Source of the DNA: a virus
DNA: 64,000 nucleotides
IMG/VR virus record: IMGVR_UViG_3300028393_001967
Direction: 5' to 3' (one strand)
Part shown: positions 20,946-29,815 of the stretch, one piece after another
How the letters are laid out: each line of letters opens with the position of its first letter
Numbering within the stretch: position 1 is the first letter of the stretch
Notes under the pieces: model-generated
Told to the model about the DNA's origin: nothing
Seen by the model: only the letters and a program-made list of their open reading frames with translations
Databases searched by the model: none
Made by a program: the position numbers and the translations under genes

Positions 20946-21521
20946 TTTAATAAGAACATCGTCTTCACGACCATTCTTTAATAATTTATAAACTTTGATA
21001 CTGGCAATACCTTTTAACACAGGTATAATATCTTCACGTAGCTGATCTGCCACAGTACTACTTGATACATCTTCAATAATATAAATGCCACCAGACTTTA
21101 AACTGTCCCAGGCCAATTTAATTGTTTCAAACTGTGTTACGTGATTATGATCGCCATCATCAATAATAGCATCAAAATCTTTTGGTAAATTGTTGTATGT
21201 ATTAGCATCTGTACTAGAACTGTTCCACAAGCCGTGGATATTGGAATCGGCTTTTAGTTCTTCTACAAATGGCCTGTTATCCCAATAGTCAGGCAAAATG
21301 TCGACTCCCCACAATTCGTAAGAATTAAAAAATCGTCTCCAGGCCCATTGACTACCACCCGAATGAACTCCAATCTCAAGCAACTTAATATGTGAATAAC
21401 CACTAAAGATTTCATCATACAAATTTGCGTAAGAGTGAAATGTATTTTTGTCCGTAAACACACCGCAATAATCACCGTATAGGGATACACCCTCATTTAA
21501 TATTTCATTTAAATCTGCCAT
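20931..21521 (-). CDS. SAM methyltransferase-like protein
   Basis: LLEIGVHSGGS, IIDDGDH and GGIYIIED. Confidence 0.78.
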   Translation of the reverse strand: MADLNEILNEGVSLYGDYCGVFTDKNTFHSYANLYDEIFSGYSHIKLLEIGVHSGGSQWAWRRFFNSYELWGVDILPDYWDNRPFVEELKADSNIHGLWNSSSTDANTYNNLPKDFDAIIDDGDHNHVTQFETIKLAWDSLKSGGIYIIEDVSSSTVADQLREDIIPVLKGIASIKVYKLLKNGREDDVLIKLIKV

Positions 21522-21529
21522 TTTATTTC

Positions 21530-22237
21530 CTAATTAATAGTTCTATTTAACACATCTTGCCAATCAATAATTTTATCCATTGTCCAAGAATCACAATGTG
21601 TAGCATATCCAGGGACAGGTGTAATCAGCCCTCGTTTATTTCCCAGTTCAGTAAATAGTTGCGAATCATGAGTCCAATGGTCATCACCGCCGCACCATTG
21701 ATAAAATATATCTTTGTCCTGCTTTAAGTAGTGCACACTAGAAGCAAATGTCATTGTAGTTGAAGGTGTTGTCCTCCAATGACAACTTTCAGTTTGAATA
21801 AGGTAACAGGCATTATTTGCTTGTTCCTTCCAATATTTGTCTGGATGGTCATATAGGCTTACATAAGCAGCTCGATTGAGACCTTGCTCTAATATTAAAT
21901 CAGCACCCTCGTGATGAATGTAATCATCTTCTACAAAATATACTTGTGCAGCATCTGGTAATTTTAATGCCCGTTCTAAACTATATAAAAACGAACCTGC
22001 ATTGTGACCAAATGAAGTCCTTTGTAGATCTAAATTAGGATATAATGCATTGAGTTGATCCCATACTTGATCGTCCACTCCATCAGCAATAATACTAATA
22101 TCTTGTTCTGCAAACACACTGGTGAAGTTTTTAAGTACTTGCCACTTATCAAACCAATTGGGTCTGCTGGGACTTTTTCTAGGAGTCCCATCGCTGCCCA
22201 ACATATTGTTAAAACTAAATCTATAATATATTTTCAT
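21530..22237 (-). CDS. GT-A fold glycosyltransferase-like protein
   Basis: YFVEDDYIH and YVSLYDHPDKY. Confidence 0.6.
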   Translation of the reverse strand: MKIYYRFSFNNMLGSDGTPRKSPSRPNWFDKWQVLKNFTSVFAEQDISIIADGVDDQVWDQLNALYPNLDLQRTSFGHNAGSFLYSLERALKLPDAAQVYFVEDDYIHHEGADLILEQGLNRAAYVSLYDHPDKYWKEQANNACYLIQTESCHWRTTPSTTMTFASSVHYLKQDKDIFYQWCGGDDHWTHDSQLFTELGNKRGLITPVPGYATHCDSWTMDKIIDWQDVLNRTIN

Positions 22238-22917
22238 TTTTTATATCTTTCTGGAGGATATTCTTGTTGGTAATGGTCTACCCCAGATTCATACATACCA
22301 TAAAATTTTGCACCATTGTGGCCCCACCAGGCTTCCATATCGCACGTATAGTTAAAATTGTTATTAGTTTGTCGTTCGTAGTTTACTGTACTTGGCAAAA
22401 CTAGTGCTTGGCATCGTCTGATAAAACTTGCCTTTGTCCAACCCAAATTGCCACTGAGGTGATGCCACGGATAACTGTGATAGTTACAGCCCACACCGTC
22501 GTACCCTTCATTTAATTTGGCAACACATTCTTGCCAGTGATCAATTGCCCAGTAGTCTAACAACCAGCGCCAATGTTTTGCTCTAATGTCAGTTACTTTA
22601 CCAATATGGGTCACACCTTTTAAATGAAGATAAAGAATGGGGTATTCATCCGTTGTTATATCAACAACTTCTTTCATTAAGATGCCTGTAGGTACGTCAT
22701 GTTCTTTTGGATCAATACCTTCTTTAAAGACCCATACAAATTTTCCTCGATGATTCCATTTTTCTTTTAAGTCATCAAAACTACTTTCATTGTAGTGCAT
22801 ATTCATATAGATTTCAGATTGAGCCATTAATCCACTATCTTCAATTTGTGATAATTGTTCTTCAGCAATGTCTTGCCACCCTGGAAGATCAACTAAATGG
22901 TAAAATATTTTTATCAT
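22234..22917 (-). CDS. Hypothetical protein of the glycosylation island
   Basis: ILYLHLKGVT and HLSGNLGW; coupled stop/start. Confidence 0.55.
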   Translation of the reverse strand: MIKIFYHLVDLPGWQDIAEEQLSQIEDSGLMAQSEIYMNMHYNESSFDDLKEKWNHRGKFVWVFKEGIDPKEHDVPTGILMKEVVDITTDEYPILYLHLKGVTHIGKVTDIRAKHWRWLLDYWAIDHWQECVAKLNEGYDGVGCNYHSYPWHHLSGNLGWTKASFIRRCQALVLPSTVNYERQTNNNFNYTCDMEAWWGHNGAKFYGMYESGVDHYQQEYPPERYKK

Positions 22918-23594
22918 TTTTTAACTTTTGCCAATGCTAGGTAATGTCCATATGCTTCTGAAAAACCTACAGGCTCCATATCAAATTGATAGAATATTTG
23001 CTGTATTAACTGTTCATCAAAAACGTGATGATGCAAACATCTATTTTCTATATTTTTAAGAGACCTATTGACAAAGTTTAAAAATGTACCAGCACCCTGA
23101 TCTTTAGATAAATCGTGCAACTTTAATATTTCTTCTAAATGAGTTAAATCGTCCTCACCTACATCATTATTATAATCATCAATAAGGTGTTGCAATGTAG
23201 TAGTAGGCCTTCGGTGATCAAAACAATGCGCTTTCATTGGCAAAATTAAAAATATAGATCCGCCAGGTTTGACTACACGGATCCATTCTGTTAAGGCTTT
23301 AAAAGGATTGGCAATGTGTTCTAGATTATTTGATGATAAGATTAAATCATAACTATTGTCCTCAATGGGATGAAGATCTGTACCTTCGCAAATATACAAA
23401 TCTCCAGTTTTACCATCTGCGTATTTGTATTGACCCTTTCCTTCAGTTTGAGAATGTTGCCAAACAGTTTCTGCACTAAAGTTTACGCCATCTACAGATC
23501 CAACTGATCTATAAATTCCGTGTGTGCCAAATTCTCCACTTGGACCGCCAATCTCTAATGCTTTCATTCCTTGACAATATTCTTCGTAAGTCAT
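22914..23594 (-). CDS. SAM methyltransferase (type 11-like)
   Basis: LEIGGPS, YDLILSSNNLEHIANP and RVVKPGG. Confidence 0.8.
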   Translation of the reverse strand: MTYEEYCQGMKALEIGGPSGEFGTHGIYRSVGSVDGVNFSAETVWQHSQTEGKGQYKYADGKTGDLYICEGTDLHPIEDNSYDLILSSNNLEHIANPFKALTEWIRVVKPGGSIFLILPMKAHCFDHRRPTTTLQHLIDDYNNDVGEDDLTHLEEILKLHDLSKDQGAGTFLNFVNRSLKNIENRCLHHHVFDEQLIQQIFYQFDMEPVGFSEAYGHYLALAKVKK

Positions 23595-23687
23595 ATATTT
23601 CCTTTATGATATTTAATATTTAGGTTGCGAACCTGAAAAATTTATTGTACACTAATGATAATCATAAGTAAACAAAAGGGTATATAA

Positions 23688-24569
23688 ATGCAAGCATTAT
23701 TTACAGGGGCATTGGGAGATTTCCTCGGTGCCGAAAGTTTTATGACAGAAGCTGAAAAAGATTCGGTTACTACAATTCTATGGGCGACCCGCAATCGTTC
23801 TGAAATTCAAGCAGCAGTTGATTTAAAAGTAATCTTTCCAAATTTACAAGAAGAAAAAATATTGTTTGATGATTGGGGAACTGACCGTCCAACACGACCT
23901 TGGCAAGAGGGTGACAAATTTATGTCTATTGGAATGAAGGGAGATTTAAATCTCAAGTGCAAGTTAAATCTTAGTCAAGAAGAATTGGACGCAATTAACG
24001 ACTATAGTTTGGATGCCACACTACAGAAAATTTTTACAGGACATCGTTGGCAAAGCAGCAGATTTACATCAAGAAGTATCTGGCCAGATGTTGGCAGATT
24101 TAATTTACCAGAACGTTATGTGGTAATACATCCGTGGAGTGATGCTGAAATCTGTGGTCGAGAATTTAACAATGCAGATTGGCAAAATATTTTTACATTT
24201 TTAAATACAATTGGCGCAACTGGCGTTGTAGTGAATCAAAGCAGCACCCCTGCCCCTGTTCATCCATTATTAATTGATCTTACAAATCAAACTTCTTTAA
24301 AAGAAACGTTTAGCATTATTACTCAAGCTGAATCTTGTATTTTATGTTCAAGCAGCCTAGCCTGCTTTGCATCAAAAATATTTCCAAAACATAAAATTTG
24401 GATTAAAGGTGGACATCAATATATTTTTACAGATTGGGCTACATATTTTTATCACGGCCCATTTAACAATCCTTCTGATGTTACTTTCAAAGATTTTGAA
24501 ATTTTAAAAACATATCGAATATCAAATCAATCAGCAATGCTTGATCAGGGACTGCTAACACTTTTATAA
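23688..24569 (+). CDS. GT9 (heptosyltransferase)-like protein
   Basis: GALGD, YVVIHP and IDLTNQTSLKE. Confidence 0.55.
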   Translation: MQALFTGALGDFLGAESFMTEAEKDSVTTILWATRNRSEIQAAVDLKVIFPNLQEEKILFDDWGTDRPTRPWQEGDKFMSIGMKGDLNLKCKLNLSQEELDAINDYSLDATLQKIFTGHRWQSSRFTSRSIWPDVGRFNLPERYVVIHPWSDAEICGREFNNADWQNIFTFLNTIGATGVVVNQSSTPAPVHPLLIDLTNQTSLKETFSIITQAESCILCSSSLACFASKIFPKHKIWIKGGHQYIFTDWATYFYHGPFNNPSDVTFKDFEILKTYRISNQSAMLDQGLLTLL

Positions 24570-24574
24570 TAACT

Positions 24575-25429
24575 ATGAAAAATAATTTAACCATTGCTAT
24601 TATTGATAGCGAATACCACGCATTAGCTTCCAAAGCTATTGATAAAACATTGGAAGTTACTGATGCTAAATCTGTTGTAGTGTTAAGCGATAAAGATTTT
24701 TATCCTGGAAGCACTTTTGTAAAGATTGATGCGCTTTCAGATAAAGCTGGTTATGATCGACTTGTATTAAAAGAACTTGGAAAACATATTACAACTGATC
24801 ATTTTCTTGTTATACAATATGATGGTATGGCCACTGATGCAAGTAAATGGCAAGATGATTTTTTAAAGTACGATTATATTGGTGCTCCTTGGCCTTGGGG
24901 TGATCCAGCATACAGTGTGGGCAATGGTGGCTTTAGTCTACGCAGTAGAAAATTGGCTGAGTTGTGTTTAGATGACCGATTAGTTCACAATCCACCAGAA
25001 GTTGGCCCAGATAATCATATGGAAGATAAACACATTGCCGTTTTTTACAAACAATGGTTGATGAGCGAGGGAATCAATTACGCATCAGTACCATTGGCTC
25101 GACAATTTTCAGCAGAAATTCCAGGAGGCAAATTTGATACCTTTGGATTCCACGGTACACTTTGTTTGCCATTTTATCTAAATGATGAACACTTAGCTTT
25201 TTACATTGATAATCTAACTACAAAGATGCTGACTAATGAAGCTCACATTCGTATTATGTATGGACTATTCCGTGCAGAGCGTTACGAGCATTTAGAACAG
25301 TTTATGGATAAAACTACATCGATCAATCCCAATTTTAAACAAGTCTTGTTAAATCAATTTCCAAGAGATGCCCATCACTATCCAGAAATTTCATTGTCTG
25401 ATATTGAAACTTTGTTGATAAACTACTAA
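24575..25429 (+). CDS. DUF5672-like protein
   Basis: IQYDG, YDYIGAPW, GNGGFSLRS and FGFHG. Confidence 0.8.
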   Translation: MKNNLTIAIIDSEYHALASKAIDKTLEVTDAKSVVVLSDKDFYPGSTFVKIDALSDKAGYDRLVLKELGKHITTDHFLVIQYDGMATDASKWQDDFLKYDYIGAPWPWGDPAYSVGNGGFSLRSRKLAELCLDDRLVHNPPEVGPDNHMEDKHIAVFYKQWLMSEGINYASVPLARQFSAEIPGGKFDTFGFHGTLCLPFYLNDEHLAFYIDNLTTKMLTNEAHIRIMYGLFRAERYEHLEQFMDKTTSINPNFKQVLLNQFPRDAHHYPEISLSDIETLLINY

Positions 25430-25430
25430 T

Positions 25431-26213
25431 ATGAAACGTAAATTACTAATTATTTTAAGAACTTGCCAACGTGTCAATATGGTGCACGACAATGGCAGTG
25501 GCAGATATATCAAAGTCAGCAAACACGAATTGATCAATGTGTGTATGAGCAGTCTTGTAGACAGTATCAATCGAGTAACCGACCACGACATTGAATTGGT
25601 TGTTCTTGATGACCACAGTATTCCTGAAGCAGTTACAGATATCAAAACCATCATGGGCAAGTGTAAGTTTCCATCAGAATTTATTTCACTCGATGTTACC
25701 GGAAATGCCGAATCATTAGCACAAGTATATGGGCTCGTAGAGCAACGTGCAACGGACTTATGGTATCACGTGGAAGATGATTACTTGCACTTTCCCACTG
25801 CTATACAAGATATGATTGACAGTGTGAGCTTGTTCGAAGAAATGACTAACAAGATGATTGCAATCAATCCGCACGACGATGCTTGGCGCTATAAGAAGGA
25901 AATTTATCCCAGTTTTATTTTGCACGGACCCCAAAGGCATTATAGAACTGTTAAACATACTACTTATACTTGTTTAGCTAGTAAACAAATTTACAATAAA
26001 TATCGTCAGCATTTTCAAGATGTTGTAACGCTAACAAGGCAGAGAGCAGATTGGGTAGAAGATAAAACAATTAATTTGGTTTGGAGCAAAGAAGATGTTA
26101 TGTTATTCAGCCCAATACCAGGACTAGCTTTACACATTATGGACGAAAGTGGCATGGATCCGTATATTGATGTAGCATCACTTTGGGACAGTGTTCCAGA
26201 ACTTTGGAGTTAA
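25431..26213 (+). CDS. GT2-like glycosyltransferase
   Basis: VVLDDHS and YHVEDDYLH. Confidence 0.6.
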   Translation: MKRKLLIILRTCQRVNMVHDNGSGRYIKVSKHELINVCMSSLVDSINRVTDHDIELVVLDDHSIPEAVTDIKTIMGKCKFPSEFISLDVTGNAESLAQVYGLVEQRATDLWYHVEDDYLHFPTAIQDMIDSVSLFEEMTNKMIAINPHDDAWRYKKEIYPSFILHGPQRHYRTVKHTTYTCLASKQIYNKYRQHFQDVVTLTRQRADWVEDKTINLVWSKEDVMLFSPIPGLALHIMDESGMDPYIDVASLWDSVPELWS

Positions 26214-26217
26214 AATT

Positions 26218-27051
26218 ATGATTAGTGTTCATTTAGGCGGAAGGATTGGAAATCATTTATGGATGTATGCTGTTGCTAGAACAGTAGCAGAGCATTGTGG
26301 TTTTGATTATCACATTCCTAGAGATTTTTTAGGTAAAGATATTTTTAATGCAGATCTTGGTGTAGAACATTGCCAAGTAGATCGAGTATATACTGAGCGC
26401 AATGGATGGGAGCAGTTTTACGAACCACAAATTTGGAACATTGAAGATAATACAAAACTTCACGGTTGGTGGCAAACTGAAAAATATATTATCAATAACA
26501 AACGCAACATTCAGCAATGGTTTACTCAGAAAGACCCTAACGTAGGGTTATTAGATCAACTTCAAATAGATGACGATACTTGTGTTATTAACTTCCGTGG
26601 AGAAGATTATAAAGGTGTTCATTTCTTATATTTGCCAGAACAGTATTATAGAGATTCAATTAATGAAATGCGTAAGATAAACCCCAATATGAAATTTGTG
26701 GTTATTACCAATGATGTTGCTGAAGCTAATAGACTATTCCCCGAATTCCCTGCATATCATTTTGGTCAAAAGGATGACTTTTATATTGTTAGTCAAGCCA
26801 AATATCTAATTATTGTAAACTCTACATTCAGCTGGTGGGCAGCTTGGCTCAATGATCGCAGTAAATTTACCATTGCTCCCAAATATTGGTTTAGATATAA
26901 TATTGATAACGGCTGGTGGTGCGGTAACGACATAATTACACACGGTTGGCATTATATGCAAAAGAGCGGCAAGTTGCAGTCGTCAAATGAATGTTTGCGT
27001 GAACAGTCCTTGCAGGATCTTAAAGACTTCCCGCACAATCGTGATTACTAA
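26218..27051 (+). CDS. GT11 alpha-1,2-fucosyltransferase-like protein
   Basis: GRIGNHLWMYA, GWWQTEKY, NFRGEDY and NSTFSWWAAWL. Confidence 0.85.
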   Translation: MISVHLGGRIGNHLWMYAVARTVAEHCGFDYHIPRDFLGKDIFNADLGVEHCQVDRVYTERNGWEQFYEPQIWNIEDNTKLHGWWQTEKYIINNKRNIQQWFTQKDPNVGLLDQLQIDDDTCVINFRGEDYKGVHFLYLPEQYYRDSINEMRKINPNMKFVVITNDVAEANRLFPEFPAYHFGQKDDFYIVSQAKYLIIVNSTFSWWAAWLNDRSKFTIAPKYWFRYNIDNGWWCGNDIITHGWHYMQKSGKLQSSNECLREQSLQDLKDFPHNRDY

Positions 27052-27078
27052 ATTGTTGTATTTTTACAACAAAAAGTG

Positions 27079-27220
27079 TTGACAACTGTACAGCACTCAT
27101 ATACAATAGAGACTTGTTAGTTAGAAAACACCAGTTTTTAACCAGTGTTTAGAAAAAAGACTAAATAAATTGTCAAAAACATAAAAAGTGCTTGACAACA
27201 GGCATAAATAAATGTACAAT
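27079..27220 (+). promoter_or_regulatory. Tandem sigma70 promoters of the tRNA operon
   Basis: TTGACA-17-TACAAT at 27079 and 27192, each with an A-tract UP element; TAAATA boxes also present. Confidence 0.8.
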
Positions 27221-27274
27221 TAACACATACACTAGAAACAGTGTATAATTTTTAAAGAGAAAACGGAAACTAAA

Positions 27275-27418
27275 ATGCAATCGCAACAAAGACATTTACA
27301 ACTAGGGACAGCAAAACAGCTGGGCAATTGCCCCGCCGTATTGTGGTCTGCGTTTAATATGTCAAGTTATGATCGCACACCAGAGATTACGATCGGGGTC
27401 CGGGAGGACTTAATGTAA
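27275..27418 (+). CDS. Putative attenuator leader peptide (47 aa, all 20 amino acids)
   Basis: MQSQQRHLQLGTAKQLGNCPAVLWSAFNMSSYDRTPEITIGVREDLM; its 3' codons form the antiterminator strand. Confidence 0.65.
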   Translation: MQSQQRHLQLGTAKQLGNCPAVLWSAFNMSSYDRTPEITIGVREDLM

Positions 27419-27444
27419 ATGTAAGTTTACACTAACTCCACAGG

Positions 27445-27479
27445 ACCCCAGGATTAAGAACCCTGGGGTTTTTTGTTTT
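27445..27479 (+). terminator. Intrinsic terminator (attenuator) upstream of the tRNA cluster
   Basis: ACCCCAGG-loop-CCTGGGGT followed by TTTTTGTTTT. Confidence 0.85.
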
Positions 27480-27593
27480 AGCGTTGGTATAGTGTGAAGA
27501 ACAGGTAACGAGGACCTGGCCCCGCACTTAAAACATGGGGCAAACGGGCGGTGGCGAGGATGGCTTATCTTCTTGTAGATAAAAAAATTCGTC

Positions 27594-27721
27594 ATATTAA
27601 AGCAAATTGTTGCACGGGCATCCCTTTGACGGGTGTTGTCGAAGCATAGCTAAACAGTTTGTTTTAATATACACATTGAGCTGACAGGGGCTGTGATGCC
27701 GCAGACAGTGTGTTTAATTAA
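27594..27721 (+). repeat. Two overlapping conserved-stem hairpin elements (family members A and B)
   Basis: ATATTAAAGCAAATTGTT...AACAGTTTGTTTTAATAT and ATACACATTG...CAGTGTGT. Confidence 0.55.
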
Positions 27722-27729
27722 ATAAGTGT

Positions 27730-27945
27730 ATGTCTAATAAACAAAAAGAATATGCTGGTAGGCTATTAAAAATAGCATCCCAGCAGGCACATCACAAACT
27801 ACCCAATGGTTCAAAAGAAGAACTATTGATTTATCAACTGGGTTTTGTTGTTGGAATTTTGTCTAGATATGCACCCAATGATATTACCATTCATCAAGAC
27901 ATTAAAATTCTTGAAGAATATTTAGGTATCAATATTAAAGAATAA
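27730..27945 (+). CDS. Hypothetical late protein
   Basis: TAAATA upstream; 71-aa ORF. Confidence 0.6.
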   Translation: MSNKQKEYAGRLLKIASQQAHHKLPNGSKEELLIYQLGFVVGILSRYAPNDITIHQDIKILEEYLGINIKE

Positions 27946-27947
27946 TT

Positions 27948-28036
27948 GGAGTGTGTTCCCTGTTGCCGGCTGTAACCCGGTAGCCTTTATTAAGCAGGGT
28001 GGCTGGCAAGTGGTTCGATTCCATCACGCTTCACCA
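27948..28036 (+). ncRNA. tRNA-like RNA with Tyr(GUA) anticodon arm but no D-arm
   Basis: 8-bp acceptor GGAGTGTG/CACGCTTC, ACCA end, T-loop TTCGATT, arm GCCGG-CTGTAAC-CCGGT. Confidence 0.7.
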
Positions 28037-28042
28037 ATTTAC

Positions 28043-28118
28043 ATCGCGGTGGACTTCTGGGTTAGGTCACTAGGCTTTCATCCTAGCTAGGCGGGTTCGA
28101 TTCCCGTCCGCGATACCA
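28043..28118 (+). tRNA. tRNA-Glu(UUC)
   Basis: Cloverleaf; loop CTTTCAT; CCA. Confidence 0.9.
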
Positions 28119-28126
28119 AAGATAAT

Positions 28127-28212
28127 GGATGTGTAGGAAAACTGGTAACCCCAGAAGACTGTAAATCTTCCGCCTTACGGCACTGTTGGTTCGACTCCAA
28201 CCGCATCCACCA
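28127..28212 (+). tRNA. tRNA-Tyr(GUA)
   Basis: Loop CTGTAAA; V-arm; CCA. Confidence 0.92.
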
Positions 28213-28220
28213 AAAGTAAT

Positions 28221-28295
28221 GGGCTGATAGTGATAATGGGAGCACAGGGGCTTTGCAAGCCTTTAGTCGGGGTTCGATCCCCCGTCGGTCCACCA
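28221..28295 (+). tRNA. tRNA-Ala(UGC)
   Basis: Loop TTTGCAA; G3:U70; CCA. Confidence 0.92.
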
Positions 28296-28302
28296 AGTTT
28301 AT

Positions 28303-28387
28303 GGATAGTAGTGTCGCTGGGCGCGAGCTGGTTTGCTAAACCGGTCTACTGGAAACGGTAACAGTTCGATTCTGTTGCTATCCACCA
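28303..28387 (+). tRNA. tRNA-Ser(GCU), 8/4 fold
   Basis: 8-bp acceptor, 4-bp T-stem, V-arm; loop TTGCTAA. Confidence 0.75.
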
Positions 28388-28394
28388 AGTTAAT

Positions 28395-28469
28395 GGTCTC
28401 GTCATATAGTGGTTATTATACCGGCCTGTCTAGTCGGATATCGGGGTTCGATTCCCCGCGGGATCGCCA
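28395..28469 (+). tRNA. tRNA-Asp(GUC)
   Basis: Loop CTGTCTA; GCCA end. Confidence 0.9.
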
Positions 28470-28478
28470 AGTTTTTAT

Positions 28479-28553
28479 TGCCGCGTAACTCAGAGGCAGA
28501 GTAATCGCTTGATAAGCGATAAGTCGACATTTCGAAATTGTCCGTGGCAACCA
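28479..28553 (+). tRNA. tRNA-Ile(GAU)
   Basis: Loop TTGATAA; T-stem with a mismatch; CCA. Confidence 0.85.
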
Positions 28554-28558
28554 ATTAT

Positions 28559-28634
28559 GCTCAGTTCGTCTATCGGTTTAGGACGCTGCCCTTTCAAGGC
28601 GGAAAGACGGGTTCGATTCCCGTACTGAGCACCA
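28559..28634 (+). tRNA. tRNA-Glu(UUC)
   Basis: Loop CTTTCAA; CCA. Confidence 0.92.
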
Positions 28635-28644
28635 TGTTTTTTGT

Positions 28645-28718
28645 TGGCGCATTGTGTAATGGTAGCACAACAGACTTTGACTCTGTTAGTCTAGGTTCGA
28701 TCCCTAGTGCGCCTGCCA
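28645..28718 (+). tRNA. tRNA-Gln(UUG)
   Basis: Loop CTTTGAC; GCCA end. Confidence 0.92.
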
Positions 28719-28725
28719 AGTTTAT

Positions 28726-28800
28726 ATCGCGTTCGTATAGTGGAAAATACACGATCCTACGAAGTTCGGAACGGTGGTTCGATTCCATCACGCGATACCA
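28726..28800 (+). tRNA. tRNA-Arg(ACG)
   Basis: Loop CTACGAA; CCA. Confidence 0.9.
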
Positions 28801-28809
28801 AAAATTTAT

Positions 28810-28885
28810 TCCATCTTAGTATTCTCGGTGAGTACCCCCGGCTGTTAACCGGAAGAGGTTGGTTCGAATCCAACAGATGGAGCCA
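28810..28885 (+). tRNA. tRNA-Asn(GUU)
   Basis: Loop CTGTTAA; GCCA end. Confidence 0.9.
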
Positions 28886-28987
28886 ATATCGAAATACACT
28901 GATTGTTTAGGAGTGGGGGATACGAACCACGTTAAACAAATAAGTCTACAAAAGCCTAAGCAATAGCGCAACAGTATATTTCAATAT
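28886..28987 (+). repeat. Conserved-stem hairpin element C
   Basis: ATATCGAAATACACTG...CAGTATATTTCAATAT. Confidence 0.6.
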
Positions 28988-28988
28988 T

Positions 28989-29063
28989 GGGGGCAGCAGT
29001 GGGCTGCGGCGTTCCCTTGCAAGGATCGTGACTAGAAGGATTCGATTTCCTCGGCCTCCACCA
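28989..29063 (+). tRNA. Atypical tRNA-Ala(UGC)
   Basis: G3:U70; loop CTTGCAA; minimal D-loop; extended anticodon stem; CCA. Confidence 0.7.
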
Positions 29064-29072
29064 AAGATAAAT

Positions 29073-29149
29073 GCACTGGTACCAGAGAGGCCTAATGGCA
29101 TGGATTGCAAATCCGTTGTTCGGGGGTTCGAATCCCTCCCAGTGCTCCA
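29073..29149 (+). tRNA. tRNA-Cys(GCA)
   Basis: Loop TTGCAAA; U73; CCA. Confidence 0.92.
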
Positions 29150-29156
29150 AGTTTAT

Positions 29157-29230
29157 GCGGGTATGATGTAATGGTAACCTGAAACCTTGCCAAGGTTTAT
29201 TCGCGAGTTCGATTCTCGCTATCCGCTCCA
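29157..29230 (+). tRNA. tRNA-Gly(GCC)
   Basis: Loop TTGCCAA; TCCA end. Confidence 0.92.
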
Positions 29231-29232
29231 AT

Positions 29233-29382
29233 TTTTGAGATAGACGATGGGATTGAGTCCCTTGTATTCTAGCGCATTGTGCTGATGCGTGACACACCAG
29301 TAGAACTGTACAAGGTCAATATAAACTCTCCCATTCGAGACAAGCCAATGAGTCCTTCAGAAAGATAGTTGGTCTCTCAAAA
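29233..29382 (+). ncRNA. ~150-nt structured RNA of unknown class
   Basis: Closing stem TTTTGAGA/TCTCAAAA; inner stems ATGGGA/TCCCAT and CCTTGTA/TACAAGG. Confidence 0.5.
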
Positions 29383-29391
29383 ACCTATAAT

Positions 29392-29467
29392 GCAACCTTA
29401 GCAAATGTGGTCATTGCGGTCGCCTGAAGAGCGATGGAAGCAGGTTCGATCCCTGCAGGTTGCACCA
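29392..29467 (+). tRNA. tRNA-Phe(GAA)
   Basis: Loop CTGAAGA; CCA. Confidence 0.9.
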
Positions 29468-29472
29468 ATTAT

Positions 29473-29547
29473 GTATCCCTAGTGTTAACGGCAGCACGAC
29501 AGTCTCCAAAACTGCTAGTCAAGGTTCGAATCCTTGGGGGTATGCCA
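29473..29547 (+). tRNA. tRNA-Trp(CCA)
   Basis: Loop CTCCAAA; GCCA end. Confidence 0.9.
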
Positions 29548-29554
29548 ATTTTAT

Positions 29555-29633
29555 CTGTGTGTAATGTCAGCCAGGTCAGACGGCTCGCCTTGGAAGTGAG
29601 AGGTCGCAGGTTCGAATCCTGCCACACAGACCA
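29555..29633 (+). tRNA. tRNA-Pro(UGG)
   Basis: Loop CTTGGAA; CCA. Confidence 0.9.
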
Positions 29634-29637
29634 ATTC

Positions 29638-29712
29638 GCCCTTTTATCCTTAATGGTAGAGGTCCTGTTTTGTAAGCAGGGTGTGTGGGTTCGATTCCTG
29701 CAAGGGGCACCA
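29638..29712 (+). tRNA. tRNA-Thr(UGU)
   Basis: Loop TTTGTAA; CCA. Confidence 0.9.
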
Positions 29713-29719
29713 AACAAAT

Positions 29720-29806
29720 GGAAGATAGGGACGCTGGGCGTCAACCGGTTTCGAAGTCCGGCCCACTCTGCAAAGGGTGACTGTTCGATTCAGTTATCTT
29801 CCTCCA
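29720..29806 (+). tRNA. tRNA-Ser(CGA), 8/4 fold
   Basis: GGAAGATA/TATCTTCC acceptor; ACTG/CAGT T-stem; V-arm with GCAA loop. Confidence 0.75.
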
Positions 29807-29815
29807 ACAGTTTAT

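Noticed and set aside
27230-27479. T-box riboswitch controlling the tRNA operon
   Set aside because: No T-box consensus (AGGGTGGNACCGCG) or stem I motifs; the layout fits ribosome-mediated attenuation better.
29233-29382. Hammerhead or HDV-like (theta) ribozyme after tRNA-Gly
   Set aside because: CTGATGCG deviates from the CUGANGA core, and no properly placed GAAA or nested double pseudoknot could be assembled by eye.
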